64,000 nucleotides of DNA from Anaeramoeba ignava BMAN. Taxonomy: Eukaryota > Protista > Anaeramoebae. The stretch spans positions 434,001 to 498,000 of the forward strand of contig JAPDFW010000044.1 in NCBI GenBank assembly GCA_028826165.1, written 5' to 3'. The notes under the pieces were generated by a model. That model was not told where the DNA came from and searched no databases. It worked only from the letters and a program-made list of their open reading frames with translations. A program made the translations under genes and the position numbers. Below, piece after piece: positions 28,001-42,000 of this stretch (its first letter is position 1; every line of letters begins with the position of its first letter).

Positions 28001-31000
28001 CCAATCCAATCAAGTGTTTTTTTAAGAAGAGTTTCACTTTTATTTGAAAGTGCATTTTCAACTTTTTGTGTCCAAATTGCTTGAATGGTAAGAACTATAA
28101 TTTGAGCAGGTGTTGTTTCAACCCATTTTAAAAAGAGATCCTTATCAAGTTCATCTTTTGAAGATAATTGAATAAATTCTCTTAATGAAATATCCAAACA
28201 ATTTCCCAAAGAAACTCTCATTTGATTTTCAACCAAACTGAGCCATTCATGAATTTTGGGAATTTCTTTATATTTAATAGGATCTGGAAAGTTAATTTCT
28301 TCATGTTCTCTTGATAACATCCCAATAATTGATGTTTCATCATCACTTAATTTAAGTAAAGCAATTCCTGCAAACATTTTCCTTAAATGTCTTTGTATTT
28401 TAAGTACATCTTTGCTGTGTCCAATAATTTCCAAAAGATCTTCATCTCCAACAAAATAAAATCTTGGGAAAGCTGATCTTTGTTTTTCTAGATATTCACC
28501 AAGAGCCTTTTGAATTTTGGAAAGCATATCAGATAATCTTTCCAATGAATTTTGAATTCCAGGTAAATTGAGAACATCAAGAATATGAGGTGATTTTACT
28601 ACTTTTTTCATTGTAATCAAAAAATCATTATCAATATTTCTGAATTTGGATGATTCTTGAGGTAATAATTGTTGGATATCAGCACTTCCACAAAATACTC
28701 CTTCTAAATAAACCCATTTTCTTTGAACATCAATCCATGTATCAAAAAGTAAATGAACTCTGTTTAATTTATCTTCCCATCCAACTGCTTCTTCTTCAAA
28801 TACTTTATAAAATGGAGAGTTTTTCATTGCAGATAGAGAATTTAAATGATCAGAAATTTTGGTAAATAAATCATCCCATCCTCTAATCAATTTACATTTA
28901 TTTCTATAATTCACAAGTTCAAGTTCATAATTTTGCCAATGATCTTTGATTTGTTCAAGAAATTTTTCTAGAGCCAATTCACCTTGGGCAATTCTGATAA
29001 CTTCTTTAAAAATAGTTTCGTTTTTGATTAAATCCACATTGTAGATATCAGCAAGTGTTAATTCAGAAAAAACCCATTTAACTCCCAATTTATTTTGTAT
29101 TTGTTTCCAATGTCTTTCTTTAAGTGATTCTGATTTCAAATCAATAATAGTCACATTGCATTTCAAAAATCCTTTTATCATTGAATGGAAATGTTCATAA
29201 GCATTGTATTGTCTGACTTTACTAGGCAAAGCTCTGAGTTGAGTAATCAAATCATCAAGAGATCCTCTTAATTTTTTGGGAACAATTGCTGACCATGGAG
29301 TTTTTTTGATTTCCTCTAATTTATCCCAAATACTCATCAACTCATTCCAAACTTGTTTCAAGGACACAAGTTCTTCTCGAATTGGAGGGAAAAGGTTTTT
29401 ATCCTGAACATCCATATCAAGAGCTTCTTTTGCCTTTATGATTCTGTTATTGATTTCTTCAATCTCATTTAATCGTGATTCAAATTGAGCAATTTTGGTA
29501 ATTGCATGAGAAGGTTTAGTTTTACCATCTAATGGTTTATCTTTTTCCCAATCTTGATTGAATGATGTTAATTTAGTGCTCAACAATTCATCTTCTTCTG
29601 CGATTTTATGTTGTAATAAAGGTATTTCTTGATTAACTTGAGAGTTTTTTCTTGAGAAAATTTCGTTAAAAGAACTCCAAACTCCATCAACAGTTTCATA
29701 AGAAAGCCAATTTTGACCAAAAGGATAACCTTGTTTTTGCAAAATTTCTTCTCCTGAACGATATAAATCAACAGCACTTTCCCATTCGTTTAAATTTCTT
29801 CTCATGTGAGTTAATTGAGTGACAAAAGTAATGATATCGGAAGTTGTATCTTGATCCAACGAATGTTTTTCGAGTTCTGTTCTTGCATCTGCAACTGTTT
29901 GATGGAATTCTTTCATTGATGAATTTAACCTTTCTGCAAATTTATTAAGGAAATTTTTGTGCCAAGCTGAATATTTATTAGTAACTTTGGTTTGTATTTG
30001 TGAATAATCAACAGTTATTGGTCCAATATCTTTGGATGAAGAATGTGTATCTAAACCTGAACGTTCTGTTTGAATTTCAAGCAATAAATTTTTCAATTTA
30101 TCCAAATCATCGCCAACTTCCTTGTAAACTCTTTCTGGTTCTATATCCCATAAAGCTTGATTTTTGAACCATAATTTCGTGTATTCTTCAACTTGTGATA
30201 AAAGTAATTCAATTTTTTGGTATGCTGTTAATAATAATCCTTTGGGAAGAAATGTTACCAAGTTGAAGTATGTTTTGGTTTCATCAAATGAACGTGTTTT
30301 TTTGGTTCTTGATTTTTTCTCTTTTTTCTCTTTGGTTAAAATTATAATTCTTTTTTGATTACAAATAATTCCTATTGTTTTATGTAATTGTGAAATCCAA
30401 TTTTCTCTTGCTTCTTTAAATGATGGATCTAAATAAATGATTCTGTTTTTGATGTTAATACTGAAAGTCATTTTGGAAAGATTGAGTTTGATTGCGAGAA
30501 TATTTGGATCTTTCTGGATAATTTTCTTTTCCTTTTTTGGGTTTTTTTCCAATTCAATTTGTTCCAAAAATTCATCAAAAGTAATATTCCAAGCATTAAG
30601 ACAATCAGTAAGTCTTTGAAGGAAAATTTGTTCAATTTTCTGGTTTAAGGAGTTGATCCATAAATCTAAATTTGAAAATGATCCTGATTTAAGTTCATCA
30701 ACATTTTTTTGGATTTTACTGAGAATATTTTCAAAATTAGGAGCTTGGAATTCACAATTCTTTAATTCTTCCAAAGATAATTTGATGTCATGATATCTGT
30801 TGATTAATCCATCCACTTGTTCTTCAAAAATGAGTATAGAATTTCCTAATTCAGTTACATAAGAATCCAAATCAATATAATCCCAACCAATAGAACATCC
30901 CTGTTTTAAAGAATCTTGAATTTGAGAACGATAAGAAGCAATTAATGGGAAAATTTCTGTATCAACTGTTTGACAAATATGGAAATAATTTTTAATAGAT

Positions 31001-33692
31001 TCAATCAAAGAAACAGCAAAAGGATAAACTTGACCTGCATTTTTGGCAATATGCATAATTGAGAAAGGTACACGGAATCCAAGCCATTGGAGATTACGGA
31101 CTTCTTTGAAAAGTGTGATGATATCTTGATCAAAAGTAACTTGTAAGTTTAAATTTTCTCTTTTTGGAAATTCTGAAAACTGGACCTGAAACTTCCCATT
31201 TTCTAGTTTCAACTTGACGAACCCAATCATCAAAAATTTTCTGAGGATTCAATTTCTTCTTGAAATTTTCTCCATCAAGTTTAAGTTTTTGACCTTCAAT
31301 ATGATTTTCCCAACTTCTTCCAAGAACATCACCAACTCTTTTAATATAAGTATCCAATTGATTTCTAATTTGTTTAACCCATATAATTGCGCCTGAAATT
31401 GGAGGAATATCTCTTACTTCAGTAATTTTACTTGTTTCTGTTTCGATGTATTGTTGTTTGAATTTTTCATGAAGTGCTTGAATATCTTCTTTGACTCTTT
31501 CTATCAATCTTGTTTGATATTCTTGTATTGCTCCTCTAATTTTGGGTCTTACAAACAGAACATTAAATTGACTAAAAACGTGGAACATTTCACTTGCTTT
31601 TTTTGCTTTTTCAAGTTTTTCTCGAAGAATTTGAATAATTTGTTCTTCGATTGAGTAAATTTTTGTATCGTAATGTTTTAATGATTCACTCCAAGTTTCA
31701 TTTCCTTCTTTTGAAAGAGATAGAGGATCCACATTTCTTACATATTCATAAGCTTCTTTAACTTCCTCTATTGCGTTTATTTCTGTGAATTCTGTTGATG
31801 TTTTTGGAAGGATTCTTGTAATAACATTTTGCAGTTGATCGTGTTGTTTTCTAAATTTTCTAAGTTGTTCTAATCTTTCTTTCAATGGTTGAATTTGTGT
31901 TGATATCTAATAAAATTTTATAAATGAATTTTATAAATGAATTTTATAAATGAATTTTATAAATAAATTTTAATTTTAATTTTATAAATGAATTTTAATT
32001 TTAATTTTATAAATTTTAATTTTATAAATGAATTTTAATTTTATAAATGAATTTTAATTTTATAAATGAATTTTATAAATAAATTTTTTATATTTACTCG
32101 AACTGAAAACTTATTTTCTCCTTTTCTTCTTGCAATTTCCCTAATAATATCTCTTAAATGAGTAACTTGATCTTCCCATGTTTGAAATAAATCAAAAGAT
32201 TTAGCAATTAAATTATCAAATTCATCAAATAGTAAATTAAGTAAATTTTTTGAACTTAAAACACGAATCACTTGCAAACAAAAATCTCTTGAAATTGATT
32301 CAACAAATAATAAGGCTCTTTGAAGAGGATAATTAGTATTTTTAAGTTTTCTTAAGTGACTAAAAATACGTAGAATTGATTCTCTAATTTTATCAAGATC
32401 TTGAGCAGAAAGCATTTCACTAAGTGGGAAATCTTTCATAAGAACATTATAATTTTCTGAAGTATCTAATAGTTTTTTTAATCCTGTATCAGATTCAAAT
32501 GCAAATCCTGCAAAATGTTTTTTCTTTAAATTTAAAAATTCAAGTTGAAGTTGTGTTTCTGTTGTTTTAACTTGTTTATCAATATTTTTTAATGCTTTTT
32601 CTAATGAAATCCAAAAGTTTATTTCTTGTAATGCTGTTCCACTTGAAACATCTCTTTTCATTCTTGTTACTTTTTGTATGTCTGTAATCCATTTATTAAC
32701 ACCATTTTGAACTCTTGTTAAAAATTCAGGATCATCAAATGAATTTCCTAAGTCTGTTAATTTAACTCTTGTTCCATTTTCTTTTGCCTAAATTTACAAA
32801 TAAAAATTAATAAAAATTAATTAAATTATTAAATATTATTATTAAATTAAAATTATTAAAATTATTAAATTAAAATTATTATTAAAATTATTAAATTTAT
32901 TAAAATTATTAAATTAAAATTATTAAATTAAAATTATTAAAATTATTAAATTAAAATTATTAAATTATTAAAATTATTAAAATTATTAAATTATTAAAAT
33001 TATTAAAATTATTAAATTAAAATTATTAAATTATTAAAATTATTAAATTAAAATTTATTAAATTATTAAATTACCTTTTGAATAATTTCAGTAATTTCTG
33101 GTTCAATAAACAAAACAACTTCAGGAATTTCAACATTTTGTTGGCATTGAATCAAAGTTAATTCCAATTCAGCTAATTTTTTCTTAACAGCAGGAGCATC
33201 TTGAGTAATTTGTAATTTGACTTTTGAATTTTGAATAAATTGATTTGATTGTTCTCTTATTTTCAAATCAAAAGAATGAAAAAACGGCCAAACAGAATAA
33301 TGCATAAGATTTTGAATAGTTTCAAAAGGAGAACCTTCACCAATATTCATAACATGAATTTGAGAAGCCAAAGAAGCATCCTGTTTGATTATTGGGAATC
33401 TCTTTATAAAAGCTATGCTAGTTGATTTTCCACCAAGATACATTACTTCTAAATCCAAAGTGAAAATTTCTTCTTCTTCTGTTTCTTTTGGATAACAACC
33501 TATAAAAAGTACGTTAATTTCACTCTCTTTTGCATATTTTGTTATCTTTTCTTCTGTTTCTTTTTCTTCCATTAATTTTTTTATCCCTTTTTCTCGATTT
33601 TCTGATTGAAATGTTGCAAATAATGCTTGACATGCTTTTTCAACGTATTCTAAAAGAATTTTTGTTTCAATTATTGTTTGTGTATCTGCCAT
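16068..33692 (-). CDS. DYNC1H1: Cytoplasmic dynein 1 heavy chain precursor containing three inteins
   Basis: Exons 33692-33075, 32787-32098, 31906-27660, 27582-26328, 26257-26139, 26070-22596, 22297-16068. Motifs: [90 protein letters not shown]. Exons total 16634 nt; removing extra bases at ~31163 and ~23103 gives 5543 aa, and removing the inteins gives ~4595 aa. Confidence 0.96.
21252..22259 (-). mobile_element. Intein (336 aa, class 1, degenerate LAGLIDADG endonuclease) in dynein AAA4 Walker A
   Basis: GSSGAGK|[13 protein letters not shown]...VNEPHILSL...LAGLIDSND...[24 protein letters not shown]|TVLSRFVAW. Has Cys1, block-B His, terminal His-Asn and +1 Thr. Excision restores [16 protein letters not shown]. 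Confidence 0.96.
23582..24484 (-). mobile_element. Intein (301 aa, class-3 signature, degenerate LAGLIDADG endonuclease) in dynein AAA3 Walker A
   Basis: CGPPGSGK|[13 protein letters not shown]...DCSADHLW...[26 protein letters not shown]|TMTL. Excision restores the conserved [12 protein letters not shown]. Confidence 0.96.
26615..27547 (-). mobile_element. Intein (311 aa, class-3 signature, degenerate LAGLIDADG endonuclease) in dynein AAA1 Walker A
   Basis: GPAGTGK|[13 protein letters not shown]...DCSDDHLW...[26 protein letters not shown]|TETVKALG. The N-terminal part was read manually upstream of ORF 26324..27310. Excision restores [15 protein letters not shown]. Confidence 0.96.
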
Positions 33693-33978
33693 TCTATTTT
33701 TATATATTTATTTTTATTTTTATTTATAAAAAAAAATTTACAAATTAAAATTTTAATTTTATTTTTTTTTTGCTTTTTAATTTTAATTTAAATTTTAAAA
33801 ATTTAAAATTAACTTCTTTAATAATTAAAAAATGAAAAAAAAAAAATGAAAAAGAAAAAAATGAAAAAAAAAATTTTTTTATTATTTTTTTAATCTTTTA
33901 AAAAACAAAAATTTTAATTAAATTTAATTAATAATTTCCTTATTATTTTTATTTATAAATAAAATCAAAAAAAAAAAA

Positions 33979-35806
33979 ATGAATATTTGGAAAGTTATTG
34001 AAGAAAATAATATTGAATATTTAAAACAAATTAGAAATATTCCAGAAAATGAATTAAAAAATGGAAATAATTTAATTTTGAATTTTGCAATAGAAAAAAA
34101 AGTTTCAATAGAAATTATTCAAATTATTAATTGAAAAAATTACAAATATAAATTTAAAGAATCAATTTGGAAAGAATTCTTTACATTTAATTTGTCAAAA
34201 TCAAAATATTTCATTTGAAATTATAAAATTATTAATTGAAAAAGGAATTGATATTAATTCAAAAACAAATAATAATGAAACTGCTTTACATTATGCTTTT
34301 GAATATAACTCATTAGAAATTATTCAATTATTGATTGAAAAAGGAATTGATATTAATTCAAAAACAAAATATGATAATGAAACTGTTTTACATTATGCTT
34401 GTAAAAATCAAAATATTTCATTTGAAATTATAAAATTATTGATTGAAAAAGGAATTGATATTAATTCAAAAACAAATAATAATGAAACTGTTTTACATTA
34501 TGCTTGTAAAAATAAAAATATTTCATTTGAAATTATAAAATTATTGATTGAAAAAGGAATTGATATTAATTCAAAAACAAAATATGATAATGAAACTGTT
34601 TTACATTTAATTTGTAAAAATCAAAATATTTCATTTGAAATTATAAAATTATTGATTGAAAAAGGAATTGATATTAATTCAAAAACAAATAATAATGAAA
34701 CTGCTTTACATTATGCTTTTGAATATAACTCATTAGAAATTATTCAATTATTGATTGAAAAAGGGATTGACATTAATGATTATAATATTTATAATCAATC
34801 AGTTCTTTCACTAGCAATTCGCAAACAAAGAAAAGAAATAATTCAATTATTGTTAATGAATGATGCAAATGTTTTTGATCTCACAGAAAATCAAATCACA
34901 AATGAATTTATTCACACATTTTTCGAGGTTTATTCAATTAATCAGGATTTGAACAAATTACTAAATTCAAATGATAATTTCTCAGATTATCAAATTCAAT
35001 CAAATGATGGTTTCAAATTTAATCTTCATAAATTGATTCTTTTAACAAGATTTGATAATAATGAAACAATTTTAAAGAAATTTGTTAATATTTGCTCCAA
35101 AAAATCAAAAGAATATGTTGAATTTATTCTTAATTTTCTTTATACTGGATTTCTTAATTTCCAACAAATTGTTCAAAAATTAGATCAAAATCAAAATCAA
35201 AATCAAAATCAAAATCAAAATCAAAATAAAAACCAAAATGAATCAATTTCAGTAATTTCTCATTCTCATTATTTGAATGTTTGGGATTCTTATTATGATT
35301 TTTCAACTCCTCTTTCTCCTGATCTTGATGAAGATGAAACACAAATTTTTTTGAAAATGAATAAAGAACCTTCAAAAAAAGAAAAAGAAATTAAAGAATT
35401 TTTCAAAGAAATTGGATTTGATTCAAAATGGTTTGAAACGAAAAAAGGAAGAAAAGGAATTTTAAAAGATTTTCATAAATTATATCAACAACAAACAACA
35501 AAAGATTTTACAATTATTATTTCAAATGAAAATGAAGAAGAAAAAGAAATCAAAGTTCATAAATTAATATTAATAATAAGAAGTGAATTATTCAAAGGAA
35601 TGTTCCAATTAAATGTTCAAGATACTTCAAATAAAGTTCATGATTATTCAAGAAAATCTTTTGAAACTATTCAACAATTTATTTATTTTCTTTATCATGA
35701 TAAATTTGAAAAAGAAATCAATTCAGAAATCAGAGAAGAATTTGAAGATTTAAAAGATTATTATCAATTAAATCAAGATTCAATAATTGATTTAATTTTA
35801 AAATAA
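33979..35806 (+). CDS. Ankyrin-repeat plus tandem BTB/POZ domain protein
   Basis: ATG at 33979 with a one-base slip at ~34122. Repeats of ETVLHYAC...IIKLLIEKGIDIN. BTB-like segments FSDYQI...FNLHKLILLTR and KDFTII...IKVHKLILIIRSELFKGMF. Confidence 0.85.
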
Positions 35807-36026
35807 GATTTTTTTTTTCCAACAAAATAATTCAAATCCTATAAGCAAATCCAAATATAAAAAGAAATCTAAATATCAATATTTAAAATATAAATCTAAA
35901 AATCAATTTAAAAAAGAAAAGAAAAGAAAAAAGAAATAAAGGAAAACATTTAATTGTAGATGAAAAATAATTATGATTTGATTTGATTTTTCTTTTATTG
36001 AAAAAAAAAAAGAATTGAAAAAAAAA

Positions 36027-39000
36027 TTAATCTTTTTTGGAATTATTTTTGGAAATTTGTTCCAAATTAAATTGAATTTTCTTTTTAAAAGTAGAAAGAT
36101 TTTGTGAAAATGATTGATGAAAATTATCTTGAAGTTGATTAAAATTTTCCAATTCTCTCCTCAAATGATTAGATAATTTTTCATTTTTATCTCCTCCAAT
36201 TTCAAAAATTCCCCAATGAAATTTTAATAATCCCAAAACAAAAAGAGTTTTTCGAATTTCATTAATTAAAGGAAAATCTGGATCTTCTCTCAAACTTTTT
36301 TGGTTTTTGATCTTATTTGTGGTAATTTGTTGAAATACTGAACCAAATTTCCCAAGGATAGCTCCATCTAAACTCATTAAAATAAAAGAATTTCTTTTAT
36401 CATTATCTTTATAATCATTATAATCTTCATTATTATTGTTATTGCTATTGTTATTGTTATTATTATCTTTCTTGATATTTCTCATTTCCAAATCTAAAAT
36501 AAATTCCATAATATCTTCAATTTCTTGTTGAGTTAAAAATATCCAAATTTTTGATTTTGATTTTGGTTCAATTATTAATAAAATTCTTGTAAAAAATCTT
36601 AATCTAAAATTTAATATTTCTTTTTGATTAATTGGATTGATAAAATTTTGAGTAACATATAAATTGTTTAAGAAATTTTCATTTTGAAATTGGGGATTCA
36701 TTTTTGGATAAATCATTTCTGGAATTTTTTGAATTAATTTGAAATATGAATTTGTTTTAATTTTTGAATTGATATTTTCTTGAATAATAAAAGAAATATT
36801 AATTTTATTTTCTTTATTTGCTGGGAATCGATTTCCAGTCATTAATAATTCATGTTCTTGTTCATGAATTGACATTTCTAATTTTAAATGAGTTTCTTGA
36901 TTTGAATTATCATCTTTTTGTGATGAATAAAATTTTTCAGGTAAAGATTGAAAAGAATTTTCAAAATTAATTTCAATTTTTTCTAAATTATCCAAAATTC
37001 TTTTTTTGATTTGATTTCCTTTTGATTTAAATTCTGAAATTTCTTTTGTAATTTGTTTAAATATATTTTCAATTTGTTGTTTTTTTAATTGAATAAATTT
37101 TTTGATAATTTCTTTAGAATCTTCCATTTCAGTTTGTTGTGAATATTGTTTCCAATAATCTTGAATATTTTGTTTAATAAATATTTCTCCTTCTTTTCCA
37201 AATAATTTAAATAATTTTCTTTTCTTTTCTAATTCTTTAATTTCTAAAATCCATTCAAAAATTTCACTTTTAATAATTGTATTAATTTCTTGAATAATTT
37301 CATAAATTGAAATAAGAGAAAATTGTTTCAAATCATTAATAAAAGTAAATGAAATTATATCTGTTGATTTTAATTTAGATTTATCAATTTCTTTTTTCAT
37401 TTGTTGATTTTTTTTGAGAATTTCTTCTTTCTCTTTTTGTTTCTTTTCAATAAGTTGATTAAAAAATATTTTCATTCCAGGATCATTTCCAGATTTTTTG
37501 TATTGAGTTTCAAAAGATTTAATTTCTTTTCAATTTTTGAAATTTTTGTTTGAATTTTTTCCAATTTTTCTGTTAATTTTTTCATTTTGAATTGGATAAT
37601 TTTAGGATCATTTTCATTATTATCATTGTTATTGTCATTATTATCATTATTATTATTGTTATTGTTATTGTTTTTATTGTTGTTATTGCTATTATTATTG
37701 TTGTTTTGTTGTTTTCTTTTTTTGATAAAGAAAGAATTGATTTTATAAAAATAGATGTTGTTTGTGGAATAACAAATGATATTTTTTGTGTTCCAAAATT
37801 TAATTTTCTCATTCTCATTGCTCCTTGAAGAAGTTGAACTGTTTGTGTTTTTTCAGAAATTGATAAAAGAGCTTCACAAAATAATGGTTGTTGAATATCT
37901 GCTCCAATAGTATGACTTTGATCATAAAAAGTAAATATTTCTTCTTGATTAAGTTGTGTTATTGTTTGAATTGTTTTTGGATCACTTCTTCCAATCGGAA
38001 TTATTGGAAATTTCAAATTAAAATCATTTTCTTCTTCATTTTCTCTGATTATTGAAAGAAAATCTGTTTCATCAAAAAATAAAATTCCTTTGATTTTGTT
38101 TTGTGTTTCTTTTTTATGTTTTGAAAAAAATATCATCATTTCTTTGGCAATTTCTGTATTTGAAAATCCTTTGAAATATGCTCCAACATCAATAAAAGCT
38201 TGAAATGGAAATTTGTTTTCATTCTTTTCAAGAATTTCTTCAAAAAGTTGTAAAGGTGTTTTTTTTGGTTGAATGATAAATATATTTTTATCTTCAATTT
38301 GAAGAAGACTATTAACAACTCTTCCAAGACTTTTGATCTCTTTCTTTGGTTTGTGAAGTTCCTGAATATCCAACAATTAATTGGAAAAAAGAACAAAGAT
38401 CTGATGATGTACTATTAAGTTGTCTTGATTCAGATCCAAATTGTTCTAAAATTTCTTCTTTAATATATTGATGAAAATGTGAATAAACAAATACTTTGGA
38501 ATTAAACAAATTTTCATTAACAATTTTTTGAATTTCTTCAAGTTTTTGTTTTGGTAATTGTTCAATTCTAACTTCAGAAATATCAATTTTAAATTCTTCT
38601 TCAATTTGTTTTTTTAATTTTGAATGTTGAATTGAATTTTGAGAAGTTAATTCTTTGTATTTATTTTGTAAAAATGAAAGGAAATGTTGAATTTTATTTG
38701 AAGGTAATCCAATATAATAATAATAATGAATTGTTTTACACAGAGTTTCAAATATATTTGCAAAAATTGATCCTTCTATTGGTTTATTAGCTGCTTTATA
38801 AGGAATTGCAACATGAATTTGATTTGAATTTGTTTCTTCAAATTTCCATTTTTCTTTTGAAATTCCAAAATGTTCATTTGGTTGTTTATCAATAACTTGT
38901 GGTAATAAATCATTAAGAATATATCTACTCCATGCAAGTTTTTCAGGTAAATTTTGATCTTTTTGTTTTTCAAAATCTTCTTTGGAAAGAGATACTTCAT

Positions 39001-42000
39001 TCATTAAATAATCAAAATATTTTTCATAAGTTTGATTATCAACTTGTTCATGAATTAAAATTTCTAAAATATTTTCAACAATTTTTTTTTGTTTTTCTTC
39101 CATTTCTTTTGAAGTTAATGTTGTATTTTTTTCTTCTTTCAATTCATATCCATATTCTTTATAAATTGTTTTAACAACTTCAATTTGATAATCTTTAAAT
39201 TTTAAATCTTTTTCTCCTGTTGTAAAATTTACATTTCTAAAAACAGAAAGAACATTATCAACTTCATCAATAGTTAAAATTGAATCTTTTTTGATTATTT
39301 CTAAAATTTGATTTAAAATTTTGATTTTTTCAGGAATTTCTTCTTTTTTTTTTTCTTCTTTTTGTTTTTTTGTTTGTGAAATTTGATTTTGATTTTGATT
39401 TTTTTTATATTCTTCCCATTTTTCAAATTCATCAATTAAAGAAATATATTCTAATTCTAAACATTGAATTGATTCAGCTGTTGAAATTATAAATTCATAA
39501 TTTTCTTTGCATTTTTCAATCATTTCAAGAATATTTTTCAAATTTTCTTTTTCAATATTTTCTTCATTTCTTGAAAATTGAAGAAGATTAAGTTTTTGAT
39601 TAAAAGAATATTTTGATGTAATTTTCATATCTTGTGAATTAGTTTCAATTAAAGATTCTGGTGTTAAGAATATTAATAATGGTTTTTTATCTTGAAATAT
39701 TTTACTTTGAAGAAAAGCTAAAATTGGTCCAATTACTTTTGTTTTTCCTTCTCCCATTAATAATTGAATAATTATTTTTTTTTCTTCATTTAAACTTTTT
39801 GAATTTGAATTTAATTTTTGATTTTCATAAAATTCACAAATTTTTGAAAGAATTTGAATTTGTTTTTCTCTTAAAATAATATTATTTCGATATTCAAATA
39901 TTAAAATTTGAGGAATATATTTTTTTAAAGCTTTCAAGTTTCTTTTTGCTTTAATGCATTTTCTCAATTTGTTTGATTTCTTCATTTTTTTTTCTTTTCC
40001 AATTTTGTGAATATTTTTTGAAATTTTCACATAAATTTAATGTTCTTATAATTTTTTGATTTAAAATTTCAGTTTGAAGAAAAATTATCATAATTCCAAA
40101 TAATTTTTTAATATCTTCTTCTTTCAAATTTGGATTTAAAAATTGAAATGGTTCTTTTTCAAAATGTGCAAATAAATTCAATATATCTTCAATTTCATAT
40201 TCTTCAATTTGATTTCCAATTACTTTCAATTCTCTAATTTTCATATTTTCATTTCCTTTTCCTTTTTTATTAAGAATATTATTTATTTCTTGCTTCAAAT
40301 TTTCTGAATATTGTTGGATTTCTTGTTTTCTTCTATTCAAAAATTTTTTTAATAATTGAATTGAATTTTCTTCTTTTGGTTGGAGAATATATTTTTCTTT
40401 TTGATTCATTTCTTTTCCTTTTTCTTCATCTTCTAAAAATTGATTTTGAAATTTTCGAATAAATTTTTGATTTGGTTTGAGTCGATCAAAATTTTGTTGA
40501 GAAATATTCATTTCAAATTTTGATATTTTTGATTCAAGAGTTTTTCTTTCAAATAATTTATCAAATTCTTGAATTATTTCATTTTCAATTTTATTTACTT
40601 CTTTTTGGTTTTTCTTGAATTTCTTTTTGAGAAATAATATCTTTCATTTCCAAATAAGTAAAATTTTGAATATTTGATAATTGATTATTTTCTTGAAAAT
40701 TCTTATTTTCAGATGTTTTTTTAATAATTTGATTTAATAAATTTTCTTCTTCATTAAATTTATCAAAATAATTCATTTGATTAAATCCTTTCAATAATTT
40801 ATCTATTTTTTGTTGAAAAGATGAATCATTCCATTTTTCTTTTTGAGTTAAAAAAGGATTTTTAAATTTTTGAGAATTTGAATTTTTTCTTTTTTCCCAA
40901 TAATCTAAAATAATATTTTTTAATTTAAGATTAAAATTTGTTTTTAAATTAAGAAATTTCATCCAAACTTTGGTATTTAAAAATAATTCTTCATTTTCTT
41001 TAATTCCTGAATTTGGATCACATAATATTTGAAGAATAGATCGAAAATATTTTGGAAATTCTGAAATTAATTTTGAAAAATCTTCTTTAATATTAATTTT
41101 TAATTCGGGAATAAGTTTACTTTTTTTCACTTTCTTAAAAATTGTTTGAAAATTCATTATTAGAATTTTGATGAATTTTAGAAACTAATTCTGTTTTAGA
41201 AAATAATAATTGATTTGAAATATTTTGAGGATAAGAAAGATAAGATTCAAAATAAATAAATTCAAAAGTTTGAGGAAATGGTAAATTTTGATCATAATTT
41301 TCAAAAGTATTTTTAAATATTGAATCTAAATAATAAATATTTTCTTGAAATTTAAATTTTTGGAAAATATTTTCAAAAAATTTAGATCTTTGAAAATGAT
41401 AGAAATAATCAATTTTAGGTGGAATAAATAAATTTCCAAAATTAAGATAAATATTTAAATTAATAGCAAGTGATGTTTGGAAACTTTCAAAATTTTTAAA
41501 TTCCATTTTTCTCCAACTATAAATCATTTCATTATGAAAAATATTATGGAAATCTTCTTTTATATTTTTAGATTGAATTTTTGTGAAATAATTTGAATAA
41601 AGAATTTCAGCACAAATAATTCTAATTGAAGAAGCATATGGATGGCAATCTCGAAATTTTAAATTTTGATTTGTAAATTGAGATAAAATCCAAAATCCAA
41701 TTTCAAATGATAATTTAGAAAGAGGTAAAATTGGTTGAATCATCAAAAGATATTCAATAGATTCTTCATAACATTTATGTTCTAAATATAAAAATGAAAG
41801 AAAAAAATTCTCTTCTTCATTATTTGTTAAAATTTTTCCATTTTCATCAATTTTCATTATAAAACATTGATAATTTGTATTTGGATTTTCATTTGAAGTA
41901 TTCCATGAAAATAATTTAAAATCTTCTGAAAGTGATCTAACTGGAATAATAATTTTCATTTCATTGCTCTCTTCATTTTTCATTAATAAAAACATATCAA

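Noticed and set aside
16427-31654. Short antisense and alternate-frame ORFs overlapping dynein
   Set aside because: They are shadow ORFs with no recognisable motifs.
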